From Candidatus Bathyarchaeota archaeon (GTDB taxonomy: Archaea > Thermoproteota > Bathyarchaeia > Bathyarchaeales > Bathycorpusculaceae): 64,000 nt of DNA. Below, piece by piece: positions 51,331-62,210 of this stretch. The number at the start of each line of letters is the position of its first letter. Positions within the stretch are counted from its first letter, which is position 1. The notes below the pieces were generated by a model that had not been told where the DNA came from, searched no databases, and worked only from the letters and a program-made list of their open reading frames with translations. Made by a program: the position numbers and the translations under genes. The stretch lies in NCBI GenBank assembly GCA_963720565.1, contig CAVRFW010000013.1:1-64000 (forward strand). Reading direction: 5' to 3'.

Positions 51331-52125
51331 TTAGATATTTTTTTTGCCCGCAGTTTCCCAAAGGGTCTCAAAGTGGTCTTTAAGAATTGTGACCATGCTG
51401 GGGTTGTTCGTCCAAAGAGTCGTGGACTCAGCCAAAGACTTTGACGGAGAATAGTTGAAAGCCACTTCCTTGTTGTCGAAGATTGCGTAGTTTTTTCCAG
51501 AGGTATTTTTCACTTTTCTTATTTCTAGGTTGGGTTTTTTGAGCAGCGCTCGAGCATTTTCTGGAAAGTTGATTTCGGAGTCCAGTTCTTCTAATATTCC
51601 TCGATAATGCACTCCTCTGTTTAATGATTCTTCCCATGTGTTATAACAGTATTCGATGATTTGCATCCACCGTTTTGTGGTGGAGATGAAATCTACGCTG
51701 AATTTAGCATGGTCTTGTCCTGTTCTTAGTACTTGCAGCAGTTTATATTTCCCTTTGTTGACTACGATTCGGGATTCAGTGTCCTGGGGGGTTTCTTGGG
51801 TTTTGTCGAATTTTCGGACTAATCGGTCCAGTTTCTTCCGGTTTTCATTGTATTCCTCTAGTTGCCTCATCAGCAGAACTTGCGTTCCGATCTGGATTGG
51901 TACGGCCTCGTACTTGTACGGTGCTGCTAATTGTTTCTCGACTAAGCCAATATCTTGCAGTTCGTTAAGTATTCTATAGGTCTCCGTTCGAGGAGTCTTA
52001 GTCTGCTGTGAGAGGGCTATGGCGTCTTCTTTTCCATTTTTGAGAAGTGTGAGATAAAGATGTGCTTGGGAATTGGTTAGCCCCGTGTTTGTTAGGAATT
52101 GCACGTCTTCCTCTCGAATCGTCAA
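51331..52125 (-). CDS. TrmB-family transcriptional regulator
   Basis: GLTNSQAHLYLTL..ETYRILNELQDIGLVEK; LWTNNPS..HFETLW. Confidence 0.9.
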   Translation of the reverse strand: MTIREEDVQFLTNTGLTNSQAHLYLTLLKNGKEDAIALSQQTKTPRTETYRILNELQDIGLVEKQLAAPYKYEAVPIQIGTQVLLMRQLEEYNENRKKLDRLVRKFDKTQETPQDTESRIVVNKGKYKLLQVLRTGQDHAKFSVDFISTTKRWMQIIEYCYNTWEESLNRGVHYRGILEELDSEINFPENARALLKKPNLEIRKVKNTSGKNYAIFDNKEVAFNYSPSKSLAESTTLWTNNPSMVTILKDHFETLWETAGKKNI

Positions 52126-52169
52126 TTTTGAAGTCTCCGAGAAACCCGCCTATGTTTTATCTGCACTTC

Positions 52170-52275
52170 GAGATTTAGTTCTTTCTGTAATAATATTGTA
52201 TTATTACAAGAAGTTATCTTCTTTCAGTGCCACTTGGACGCAGAAGCATTATTGCTTCTTATAAAGAAAGGAGAA
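52170..52275 (+). promoter_or_regulatory. Duplicated promoter/leader block, copy 1
   Basis: 106 bp with about 10 mismatches to 54980-55085; contains inverted repeats TGTAATAATA/TATTATTACA, AAGAAG/CTTCTT and AGAAGCA/TGCTTCT, and the AAAGGAG RBS. Confidence 0.85.
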
Positions 52276-52282
52276 AAGCAGA

Positions 52283-54903
52283 ATGCATAAAAGTAATACT
52301 GCAATAGCGATTGTCCTATTTCTGATGTTTACGCTAACACTCACAGCATTACCTCTGGCTAAAGCACACGATCCTCCGTGGCAGATTCCAACGTATGCAT
52401 ACATACAAGCTGTTCCAAACCCCGTTGGTGTCGGACAGGCAGCCCACGTTTACATGTGGATTGACAAGATTCCTAACGGTGCCTCCCCAACCAATAACAT
52501 CCGACTGCACGACTACAAGCTCACGATCACGACGCCAGATGGCACAACAACAACAAAGACCTGGGCTACCGTTGAAGATACAACGTCAAACCAAGGTTAC
52601 TCTTTTACTCCCGCCCAAACAGGTACATTACACTCTCAAGTTCGATTTTCCAGGATTGACATTCACCTACACCGATTTAGTCTTTAGTTTCTTTGGTCCC
52701 CCTGGACCAAGTGCATACATCAACGATACTTATCTCCCTAGCACCGCAACAACTACGCTAACCGTTCAGGAAGAACCACTATACACGTACCCAACCACTC
52801 CACTTCCAACAGAATACTGGACACGACCAATATACGGAGAAAACTCAAATTGGTGGGCTATCTCTTCAAACTGGCTAGGCACTGGTGCACCCGGCTATGA
52901 TAACGGCATCGGAGGCGCTGGCTTCCCAGGCGACGCAATAGGCCCCCAAACCAGTCACGTCATGTGGACCAAACCCTTCCAAAGCGGCGGAGTCGTAGGA
53001 GGAAACAACTATGAAATCCAAGGAGACACATTCTTCGAAGGCTCAGCATACGCCAACAGATTCAACAACCCAATAATCGTTGATGGAATGCTCTACTACA
53101 AGGAACCCCTCTCTTTCGGCAGCGGGTCAGGCGGACCAACCAAATGCGTTGACCTGCGGACCGGACAAGTCATCTGGTCCCGCACCGACGTACCATCGCT
53201 ATCATTCGCCTACATGTATGACGTACAAAGCTTCAACCAGCACGGAGTCTATCCGCCAATTCTGTTTGCGAGCACCGGTGGATTCTTTTTCTCGGGCCCT
53301 GTGACTTTGAGAGCCTATGACGCATACACAGGCGACCATCTATTCAACTTGACAGGCGTCCCTGACGGCCAGACGGACATGGGTCCCAAAGGGGAGTACT
53401 TGGTCATCGGACTCACAAACTTGGGCAACTTCATGGCGCCAAACTACTATTTGACACAGTGGAACATGTCAAAACTATGGGAAAGCCAATACTTCGGGGC
53501 AAGCACAACACCCTCCATCATTCCACCAATTACCGACGCAACCAACCCAAGCCTATACGACTACAACATGTCAATGCCAACGCTCAACACTATGGCTTCG
53601 CCCACCATGCTTGCAGCCTTCACCGGGGACGTCGCGCTCTTCAGGAGCGGATCCTACCCTTGCAGGTGCAAGCACCTCGTTCAGTGCGCCAAGCAGCTCT
53701 CCCTACACGTACTTCGCAGTGAACCTCAACTCATCCAAGGGCGCAATCGGGTCCATTCAGTGGTCAAACACGGTCACCCCGCCAACAGGCAACATCACTG
53801 TCTCGTTCGCAGCAGCCGACCCGGACACCGATGTGTTCGTTGAATACCAAACAGAAACCATGCAGTACGTTGGATATAGCATGACGACAGGCCAGAAAAT
53901 ATGGGGACCAATCGGCAACCAAGACGCACTAGCCTTCTACTGGATGGGCTACAGCGGTCAAGGTGCCCAAGTTGCCTACGGAAACCTCTACAGCTGCAGC
54001 AACATGGCAGGAATAGTCTACTGCTTTGACCTGAAAACCGGAACCCAATTGTGGTCATACGGCAACGGCGGAGAAGGAAACAGCACACACAGCGGCTTCG
54101 AAGTACCGGGACCATATCCAACTATCATATATGCCATCGGCAACGACGTAGTATACACAGTGACCAGCGAACACACGGTTGAAACACCGATATACAAAGG
54201 CGCACTCACAAGAGCCATCAACGCCCACACCGGAGAAGAAATCTGGACGCTTTCAAACGACAACAACGCAGGTTCCTCAGCAGCTGCCATCGCAGACGGC
54301 TACGCAACCATCGCCAACGGCTATGACAACCAAATCTACGTCATCGGAAGAGGCTCTAGCCTAACCACTGCAACCGCGGGACCGAAAGTTCAGACATTCG
54401 GAAACAACGTGATCATAGAAGGCACAATCATGGACAGCTCCTCCGGCACGAAACAGGAAGAGCAGATTGCCCGTTTTCCAAACGGAGTCCCCTGTGCATC
54501 TGATGCAAGCATGAGTGACTGGATGAGCTACATCTACCAACAACAACCGTTTCCAACAGACTTCACAGGCGTCGAAGTATCAATTGACGTTTTTGACTCT
54601 AACGGCAACTACCGAAACATAGGCACAGCAACAACCGATGCAAAAGGCATGTACAGTTTCACATGGACCCCAGATATTCCAGGCGACTTCAAGGTAATCG
54701 TGACTTTCGCAGGCACAAACGGCTATTGGCCATCAAGCTCGGAAACAGTCTTCAACGTAATGCCCGCCCCGGAAGCCACCGTCGCCCCCACAGCATCCCC
54801 TGCATCATTAGCTGACCAGTACATGCTACCAGGAATTGGCGTCATAGTCGCTGCAATCGCAGTAGTCGGCGCTGTAATAGTGCTGATGCTCAGAAAGAAG
54901 TAA
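52283..54903 (+). CDS. Cell-surface PQQ-like beta-propeller repeat protein, paralog 2 (frameshifts ~52625, ~53660)
   Basis: Three overlapping ORFs join to the full paralog architecture ending LMLRKK*. Confidence 0.88.
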
Positions 54904-54952
54904 ACGCTTGAGAAGACCGAAATCTTCTCTTTCCCCTTTTTTAGTCAACCAA
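54904..54952 (+). terminator. Hairpin + U-tract terminator, identical to 57679-57727
   Basis: GAGAAGA-ccgaaa-TCTTCTC then TTTCCCCTTTTTT; 49-bp exact repeat. Confidence 0.85.
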
Positions 54953-54979
54953 CAAACACAGAGGAGAAATAGGCATTTA

Positions 54980-55085
54980 GAGATTTGGTTTTTTCTGTAT
55001 TAATATTGTGTTATTACAAGAAGTTATCTTCTTCCAGTCCTACTTGGTCGCAGAAGCATTATTGCTTCTTAAAATGAAAGGAGAA
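54980..55085 (+). promoter_or_regulatory. Duplicated promoter/leader block, copy 2
   Basis: See 52170-52275. Confidence 0.85.
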
Positions 55086-55094
55086 TAAGAAAAA

Positions 55095-57678
55095 ATGAAA
55101 TTTGCTAAAACTACATCTTTGTTTGCTTTGATTCTGATGATAACGCTAACAATCCCCATGATAATGCAAGCACCTGTAAAAGCGGATTCGACGGTGAATG
55201 TTAAAACTTATCTGTTTGTCAATGCGGCACCTAGCCCCGTGGGCGTCGGTCAAACTATATTCGTTAGCCTCTTCTTCAGCAAACCTGTACCCATTATCGG
55301 CGGATTCGGCGGCGCAACCCTGCTTGAAAATCTAAAGGTCAATATTGTCAAGCCAGACGGAACTAATGAGACACTCGGACCATATACATCTGACACGACA
55401 GGCGGTGTAGGCGGACTCACTTACACGCCAGCTACAACAGGAACCTACACCTTCCAAGGTATATTCCCTGGGCAAAATATTGGGATGGACTCTTTCACCA
55501 ACACTACCTATCATATGAATGCAGATATGAGTCCTGCCGTCACAGTTGTCGTACAGGAAGAAGCGGTAGGGGGCTATTTCTAGTCCTCCGCTTCCAACCG
55601 ATTACTGGACACGTCCATTATACGCAACAAACTACGATTGGGCGCAAAAGATTGGCGGAAACTGGTATGGCTTAGGAAGACCCGCGTTCAACCATTGCGG
55701 TGGATACGATGCCTCAAACAACAACTACAATCCATATAGCACTGCACCGAAAACTGCTCACGTTTTGTGGACCAAACCAACTACAACCGGAGGCCAACCT
55801 GGCGGCGAAACAATCGCTGATCAAAACAGCGCGTACTGTGCATCTTCTCCACTCTACCACAGCTTTGAGCCGGTGATTCTGAACGGAATAGTCTACTATA
55901 ATTATTGGGCAGCTCAAACAGACAATGCAGGCATCCTTGCAGTCGACATTCGCACAGGAGAAACACTCTGGCACAAAAACACCACTGACATATTGATTTA
56001 CGGTCAAGTTATGACGTTCCACAACAACGAGGAATTCGGCTCTCAAGCATTTCTATGGACATCACATGAGGCTGGCATAGGACCCATGGGCATGTTTGGC
56101 CCAACAATCATCTACGAATACAAAATAATCGATCCAGTAACAGGAAATGACATGGCCACCGTAACTGACATTCCCAGCGCAATCGGTGGTATGTTTTCAA
56201 CATCAATAGGCGCATCAATAGATAAAGAGCCAACCACTGGATTCTATTGCTCAGGAGGAATACTAATCCACTGGGTGGACAGCGGCAAACTCTACATGTG
56301 GAACTCAACTCTCATCCTAGCCCCTCCCTTTGCCTTCTTCGCGACACCATACAAGCCAACAGGCAGCTACAACTTCACAGCCGGCATACAATGGTCGGTA
56401 ACTCTCCCTGCAGCAAATCCAGCATATAGTATAGGACAAGCTCCTATAACCGACGAAGCAATAGTATTGACTTCATATCCCTCAATCCTTCCGACTTTCG
56501 CCACACAATACGGCGGTCCTACCGCTACAGACATAGCATACAATCCTAAAACTGGAGCACTCTTGTGGGGACCAGTAACCCAGACTTTGACGGAGCAGAA
56601 TCAAGTAGGCGTAGTAGCTGCAGGCGAGGGCGTCTATGTAAGACACGACAAAGATACAAATGAAGCGTTCGGATATTCACTGACAAATGGACAGAAACTC
56701 TGGGGACCAACCCAGCTTGTAGGCAACGCTCTAAGCCACCTATATGAATCTGCCGCAATCGCTTATGGCAGAGTTTACATTTGGGACTACGGCGGCTACT
56801 GCAACGCTATTGATCTTGAAACTGGACACCTTGACTGGACCTACACCCGCGGATCCTCTGGCTATGATAACCCATTCGGCTCATATCCTCTCTGGGTCTA
56901 CTCCTCCCAAAGCATTGCTGACGGAATGCTATTCCTCTCCGAAGGAAAGCTGTACGATCCACCTCTGTTCCCTAATGCACGAAAACTAGCCATAAACTGC
57001 ACTGACGGCTCAGTTGTCTGGTCGATAAACGGAGCATTCCAAAGAGACGTAGCACCTATCGCAGATGGCGAAATGCTTGCATGGAACGGATATGACGGCC
57101 AAATATACGCTTTCGGCACTGGAGCAACTAAGACTACTGTCACCGCACCTAACGTGGGCGTTACGACTTCCACGCCAATAACGATAACGGGTACAGTAAC
57201 GGATATCTCATCAGGCGCATCGCAAAATGCAGTTGCATCGAACTTCCCCAATGGCTTACCATGCGTTTCTGACGCAAGTATGACTCCATTTATGGAAGCC
57301 GTTTACGAGCAGCAAACAATGCCAACCAGCCTGACCGGAGTAACAGTAACAGTATCTGTCACCGACATAAACGGCAACAGTTACGACATAGGCACAACAA
57401 CAACTGACCCAACCACAGGTTTCTACAGCATAAACTGGACACCCACCATACCCGGCAACTTCCTTGTCACTGCAACTTTCGCAAACACTCAATCATACTA
57501 CGGATCCTCCGCTAAGACAGCCTTCTACGCAAGCGAAGCCCCTGCTGCCACTCCCGAACCGACTCAGGCACCTGCATCACTAGCTGACCAGTACTTGCTT
57601 CCTGCAACGGGCGGAATAATCGCGGCAATCGCAATAGTCGGCATAGCGATAATTGCGCTGATGCTCAGAAAAAAGTAG
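55095..57678 (+). CDS. Cell-surface PQQ-like beta-propeller repeat protein, paralog 3 (frameshift ~55580)
   Basis: ORF 55095..55583 continues in a shifted frame SPPLPTDYWTRP... into ORF 55765..57678. Confidence 0.88.
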
Positions 57679-57727
57679 ACGCTTGAGAAGACCGAAATCT
57701 TCTCTTTCCCCTTTTTTAGTCAACCAA
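57679..57727 (+). terminator. Hairpin + U-tract terminator, identical to 54904-54952
   Basis: 49-bp exact repeat. Confidence 0.85.
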
Positions 57728-57767
57728 TAACGAGTACAAAGGAGAAGGATGGAGAGTTTAGAAGGAT

Positions 57768-57873
57768 GGGGCTGAGTGGGCTCTGGAACAAGTCATGACT
57801 GTCTAGTCAGCAGTCAAGAGTTGAATTTCTTTCCTTTCTCCTTACAGTATAATTCCGGAGCCCCAGCAAACCC
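57768..57873 (+). ncRNA. Putative BHB-bounded structured RNA, copy C
   Basis: GGG-GCTG-AGT-GGGCTCTGGA ... TCCGGAGCCC-CAGC-AAA-CCC: strict bulge-helix-bulge. Confidence 0.7.
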
Positions 57874-58159
57874 CTATTTATCTTTACTCAGGAGGCGCTT
57901 GGGGTCCAAAATCTTCAAAGAAGCAAGTCAGTCTTGGATCTTTCATGGTTAATTAAGAATTCTGCATGGAAATACCCAGATAATTATTTCAACCTCAGTC
58001 TGAGTGCGTGTAACGCATAAGTTGGTTATTCTCAAATCTTACTGGCTGCTTCGTTTAGTTTTTTCCGTGTTTTTGCCTGTGCTAAATAGTATTAAATACA
58101 AGTTGGTCTGAAAGGAGCATTGGCCTTGAAAAGGGCTTATAATGAAAGGAGAATAGAAA

Positions 58160-60691
58160 TTGACTAGAAATAGAATTGCTGCAGCGATTGTTATGTTTCT
58201 GATGTTAAGCATGATCATTGCGACAGTTGCTTTTCCGGCTGTTCGAGCACAGATTCTTCCCTCGTTCCTGCTAATCAACGTTGCACCTAACCCCATCGGC
58301 GTCGGACAAACCGCGCAGGTGAACGCTTTTCTAAGTAAACCGCCAATGACAGCGGGTCTGGGTGGTTCCGGCGACATGTTCAAAGGCATCACGGTGGAAG
58401 TCACGAGGCCTGACGGAACAAAGCAAACTCTGGGACCATTCACATCTGACGCAACAGGAGGAACCTACACCGCTTTCACGCCTAGTACAGTTGGCAACTA
58501 CACATTCAAAGCGTCTTACCCAGGGCAACGTATAGAGGCATGGTCGTACTCGCCGTTTGGTCCCCCGACTTTTATCAATGTTACATATACGGCCAGTACT
58601 AGCCCAACAGTAACCCTTGTCGTACAGGAAGAAGCTATACCGACATATTCCAGTCCTCCCCTTCCGACGGAATACTGGTCTCGCCCAATATACGCAACAA
58701 ACTACGGGTGGGCTCAACTTGGCGGAAGCTGGTTTGGACTTGCACCGGCAGTATTCGCCACCACTGGAGGGTATGATGCAACTGGAAACTTCAATCCATA
58801 CACCACCGCACCAAACACTGCTCACGTAATGTGGACAAAACCCACGCATTTCGGAGGACAAGCAGGATCACCTATAAGCGCCGACCAAATGAGCCAATAC
58901 ATGTCCACAACGATAGCCACGAACTTCTTCGAACCCGTAATCCTTAACGGAATACTCTACTACACTCATTTTGCGGGTCCAAACGCCGCCAAAGCAAGCT
59001 GGGAAGCTGTAGACATACGCACAGGAGAAGTCCTGTGGAGCAGATCAGCGGGCGAAACAGGCAATGAAGTCATTCGCATGGGCCAAATCCTGCGTTGGCA
59101 TTCGATTCAAGAATATGGTTCTTGGGCTTTCCTATATAGCTGCGAATCGGGAGGATTCTTCCAAGCAATATCCTTCTTCTCAATATATGATGCATTCACA
59201 GGAGAATTCGTAGCAAACATAACTGGAGTTCAGAATCCATCATTTCTGATGGATCTTGAATCAGAACAGCAGGGAACATTACTAGGCTACTACGTCGCTT
59301 CAGATGGCAACTTGACTCTTTGGAACTCGACCCGACTAATGATGAGCAATAGTTGGGATCAGATAACTATCCGTCCAGCCGGCACATACAATTGGTCGAC
59401 AGGAATAGAGTGGTCAGTGCCGATGCCAACAACGGTTGGAAACGCACCCATAGGCGGATCGATGGGCATTGCCGCAATAACTCCCGAAGTGATATTGCTC
59501 CGTTATGCTCCTTCACCCGGCATGTTTGTCGAACTCAGTTACGGCTATCAGATCACCGCAGGTATCGATGCAAAAACTGGAAGGTTGCTCTGGGGACCAA
59601 CAAACCAAACAATACCTAACCTTCAAGACGTGGCTATAATAGCAGCAGACGAAGGTGTCTACGTATTGCACAACAAAGACACGAATGAAGCATACGGTTA
59701 CTCACTAGAAACAGGGAACCTAATGTGGGGACCAGTTAAACTTCCAGGAAACGCTTGGGCCGTTATGTCACGGTCCGCGGAAATCGCCTACGGCAAAATA
59801 TTCATCTGGGACTTCGGCGGCTACGTGAATGCTTTGAACGCAGATACAGGAAGTATCGAGTGGACTTTAGTCCCGAGAAGTGCTGGCTACAACACTGGCT
59901 ATGGCATCTATCCCCTTTGGTACACTGGAAGCATATGCGACGGAAAGCTATTCCTCTCAGAGAGCCACATGTACAATCCGCCGCTGTTCCCAGACGCTCA
60001 AAGACTCGTTATCGACTGCGAAACAGGAGAGCTTGTCTGGAGCGTACTAAGCTTCGACGGGCGAGTGCCTGCCGCTCATGCAGACGGCTACATGGTAGAG
60101 TGGAACAGCTACGATAACCAAATATACTCATTCGGCAAGGGTCAAACCGCCACCACAATCGCAGCTTCGCCAAAGGTTTCAGTGCAAGGCAACAAAGTAT
60201 TGGTTGAAGGAACTGTTACTGACGAATCACCTGGAACGAAAGATTCCGATAGGACAGCTCGTTTTCCAAACGGCGTCCCAGCAGTCTCTGACACAAGCAT
60301 GAGTGCATGGATGGAATACGTTTACATGCAACAGCCCAAGCCTACGGACACAACTGGCGTTGAAGTAGTCATAACCGTTCTTGATCCTAACGGCAACTGT
60401 TACGAGGTAGGCAGAACAGCAAGCGACATGGACGGCTTTTTCAAGCTGACGTTTGAACCAGAAGTCCCAGGCGAATACACCGTATATGCCTCGTTTGAAG
60501 GCTCAGAGTCATACTGGCCCTCATCTGCGCTCACCGCTATAAGTGTGGCAGAAGCAACTGAAGCTACTCCTGAACCAACACAAGCGCCTGCAACTATGGC
60601 TGAACAGTACTTGCTGCCCGGAGTAGTCGGCCTGTTCGCTGCAATCGCAATCGTCGGCGTCGTATTAGCACTGCTACTCAGAAAACGCTAA
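58160..60691 (+). CDS. Cell-surface PQQ-like beta-propeller repeat protein, paralog 4
   Basis: Intact 843-aa ORF, same architecture, ends LLLRKR*. Confidence 0.9.
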   Translation: MTRNRIAAAIVMFLMLSMIIATVAFPAVRAQILPSFLLINVAPNPIGVGQTAQVNAFLSKPPMTAGLGGSGDMFKGITVEVTRPDGTKQTLGPFTSDATGGTYTAFTPSTVGNYTFKASYPGQRIEAWSYSPFGPPTFINVTYTASTSPTVTLVVQEEAIPTYSSPPLPTEYWSRPIYATNYGWAQLGGSWFGLAPAVFATTGGYDATGNFNPYTTAPNTAHVMWTKPTHFGGQAGSPISADQMSQYMSTTIATNFFEPVILNGILYYTHFAGPNAAKASWEAVDIRTGEVLWSRSAGETGNEVIRMGQILRWHSIQEYGSWAFLYSCESGGFFQAISFFSIYDAFTGEFVANITGVQNPSFLMDLESEQQGTLLGYYVASDGNLTLWNSTRLMMSNSWDQITIRPAGTYNWSTGIEWSVPMPTTVGNAPIGGSMGIAAITPEVILLRYAPSPGMFVELSYGYQITAGIDAKTGRLLWGPTNQTIPNLQDVAIIAADEGVYVLHNKDTNEAYGYSLETGNLMWGPVKLPGNAWAVMSRSAEIAYGKIFIWDFGGYVNALNADTGSIEWTLVPRSAGYNTGYGIYPLWYTGSICDGKLFLSESHMYNPPLFPDAQRLVIDCETGELVWSVLSFDGRVPAAHADGYMVEWNSYDNQIYSFGKGQTATTIAASPKVSVQGNKVLVEGTVTDESPGTKDSDRTARFPNGVPAVSDTSMSAWMEYVYMQQPKPTDTTGVEVVITVLDPNGNCYEVGRTASDMDGFFKLTFEPEVPGEYTVYASFEGSESYWPSSALTAISVAEATEATPEPTQAPATMAEQYLLPGVVGLFAAIAIVGVVLALLLRKR

Positions 60692-60876
60692 ACATCTTGA
60701 AAGCACAAGCTTTCAACTTCCCCTTTTTTAGTCAAACAATAAGCAATCGAAATAACAAAAATTGGTACATGGATAAAGCCATCTAACACTTGAAACAATT
60801 GTATTGGGGCGCGAGCGCCTTTCTTATAAAGAACCTTCCCCATAAAGAACAAATCACAGAAACACTGCGTGCCAAG

Positions 60877-61251
60877 ATGAAGGCCAAGAATATTGTTGCC
60901 TGCGCAGACGGAGCGTACGTTAAAGATGGAAAAGTATTGCTTTTGAAGAGGGCGAAAGAGCCATTCAAGGACCGTTGGAGCCTTGTCGGAGGTCACGCTG
61001 AAGGAAAGGAGACATTGGAAGAAGCTTTGAAGAGAGAATTCAAAGAAGAGACTAATTTAGAGGTAGAGATTGGCGAGCCACTGGGAGAACGATTTGAGGA
61101 GACCTTTGACAGAATAAAGAAGATCGTGACGTTTGAGGTGACTTCTGCCAAAGGAGACATCCGCCTTAATTCAGAAAACACAGAATACGGCTGGTTCGAC
61201 CACATACCTCCAAACTCAGTCTTTGACTACGCCAAATACCTTAAGAAATAA
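60877..61251 (+). CDS. NUDIX hydrolase
   Basis: [24 protein letters not shown]udix box. Confidence 0.92.
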   Translation: MKAKNIVACADGAYVKDGKVLLLKRAKEPFKDRWSLVGGHAEGKETLEEALKREFKEETNLEVEIGEPLGERFEETFDRIKKIVTFEVTSAKGDIRLNSENTEYGWFDHIPPNSVFDYAKYLKK

Positions 61252-61549
61252 TTTAAGCATTGACCAAACGTCGTATGCGCGTGCAGAAAAACCCCCTCAA
61301 AATTATTATGCCTAACCGTTAGTATTCCACCAAAAAAATACGGGAAGCGAAAATAGCCGTTTCCAGAATGCCTAGCGCACACTTACCGAGTTATTGCATG
61401 GCAGAGAATGTTCTTTGAAAACGAGACCGAAAATTCCGCCTGGTTTGCAAAGAAGAATTGACTTGCCAGGTGAAGTGGGATTCTCAAATAAACTTAAAAC
61501 CGCAGAAGATCTGTTGACTCTCAAAGGCTTGAGTGCTGGGTGAAAAACC

Positions 61550-61723
61550 TTGGAAATAACTCGAGAGCAGTTTCTTGACTATGAGGCTGTGAGGCTTTCC
61601 GGAGTGACAAACATGAGCATCATCACCATTATTGAAGAACTGACTGAACTATCCCGGGAACAAATATTTGAGATAAGAAAGCGCTATGATGAACTGAAAA
61701 AGAAGTACGTCAAAAGAGAGTGA
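61550..61723 (+). CDS. Small DUF5049-like protein (57 aa)
   Basis: Manual ORF MEITREQFLDYEAVRLSGVTNM...; GGTGA RBS. Confidence 0.65.
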   Translation: MEITREQFLDYEAVRLSGVTNMSIITIIEELTELSREQIFEIRKRYDELKKKYVKRE

Positions 61724-61876
61724 ATGTACTCGGCAGACCGAATCCTCTGAAGAGACTTCTGCTAAGTTGAACTCTTAACCCCACCAGCTGCTTCTCTATG
61801 CACGAGCAATAATATTCTTGGCCCAGATTGAAAGGCTAAGCAGCCTGCTCTGTCCAGCTAAAATGAGGCACGCAAA

Positions 61877-62029
61877 CTATTCGTCGAACAGGGTGATTAT
61901 GTTGCCGAAAACTATCAGAGCCAAACCAATCGGAAGGTTCAGGTCAATGTGCTGCACGAGTGCATGAACCATAAGAACAGAACCAGCAACCAGAAAGAAA
62001 CCCGCAAGCAGCTTCCTCTTGTTTTTCAT
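61877..62029 (-). CDS. Small 2-TM protein (50 aa)
   Basis: Manual ORF MKNKRKLLAGFFLVAGSVLMVHALVQHIDLNLPIGLALIVFGNIITLFDE*. Confidence 0.55.
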   Translation of the reverse strand: MKNKRKLLAGFFLVAGSVLMVHALVQHIDLNLPIGLALIVFGNIITLFDE

Positions 62030-62210
62030 TTGCAACCAGCGCCTTCCAACTCTCTTTTCCTCATAAAAACCCTTTCAATAACCTGTACAGCACAGAAACA
62101 CCAAAAGGGAGAGCCCACGGAAACTAGTTCTTGCAGCGGCAGGAACACAGCAGCTCAACATCGCTTTTTCCCAATCCTTGTGCGCGTTTAGCCAGTCGGG
62201 TAGTAGCGTA

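Noticed and set aside
754..57678. About a dozen genes split by single-base frameshifts, as programmed frameshifting, phase variation or mass pseudogenisation
   Set aside because: The shifts hit unrelated genes (permease, cupin, methyltransferase, propellers), share no slippery motif and come without in-frame stops or other decay. Uncorrected long-read indels are the simplest explanation; read polishing would settle it.
29538..57873. BHB elements as intron-containing tRNAs, box C/D sRNAs or minus-strand peptide genes
   Set aside because: The flanks cannot form a cloverleaf (no T-loop GTTCRA, no acceptor stem) and there is no RTGATGA C box. Minus-strand SD+ATG ORFs differ in frame and length between copies (MKATA* in A, ~50 aa in B).
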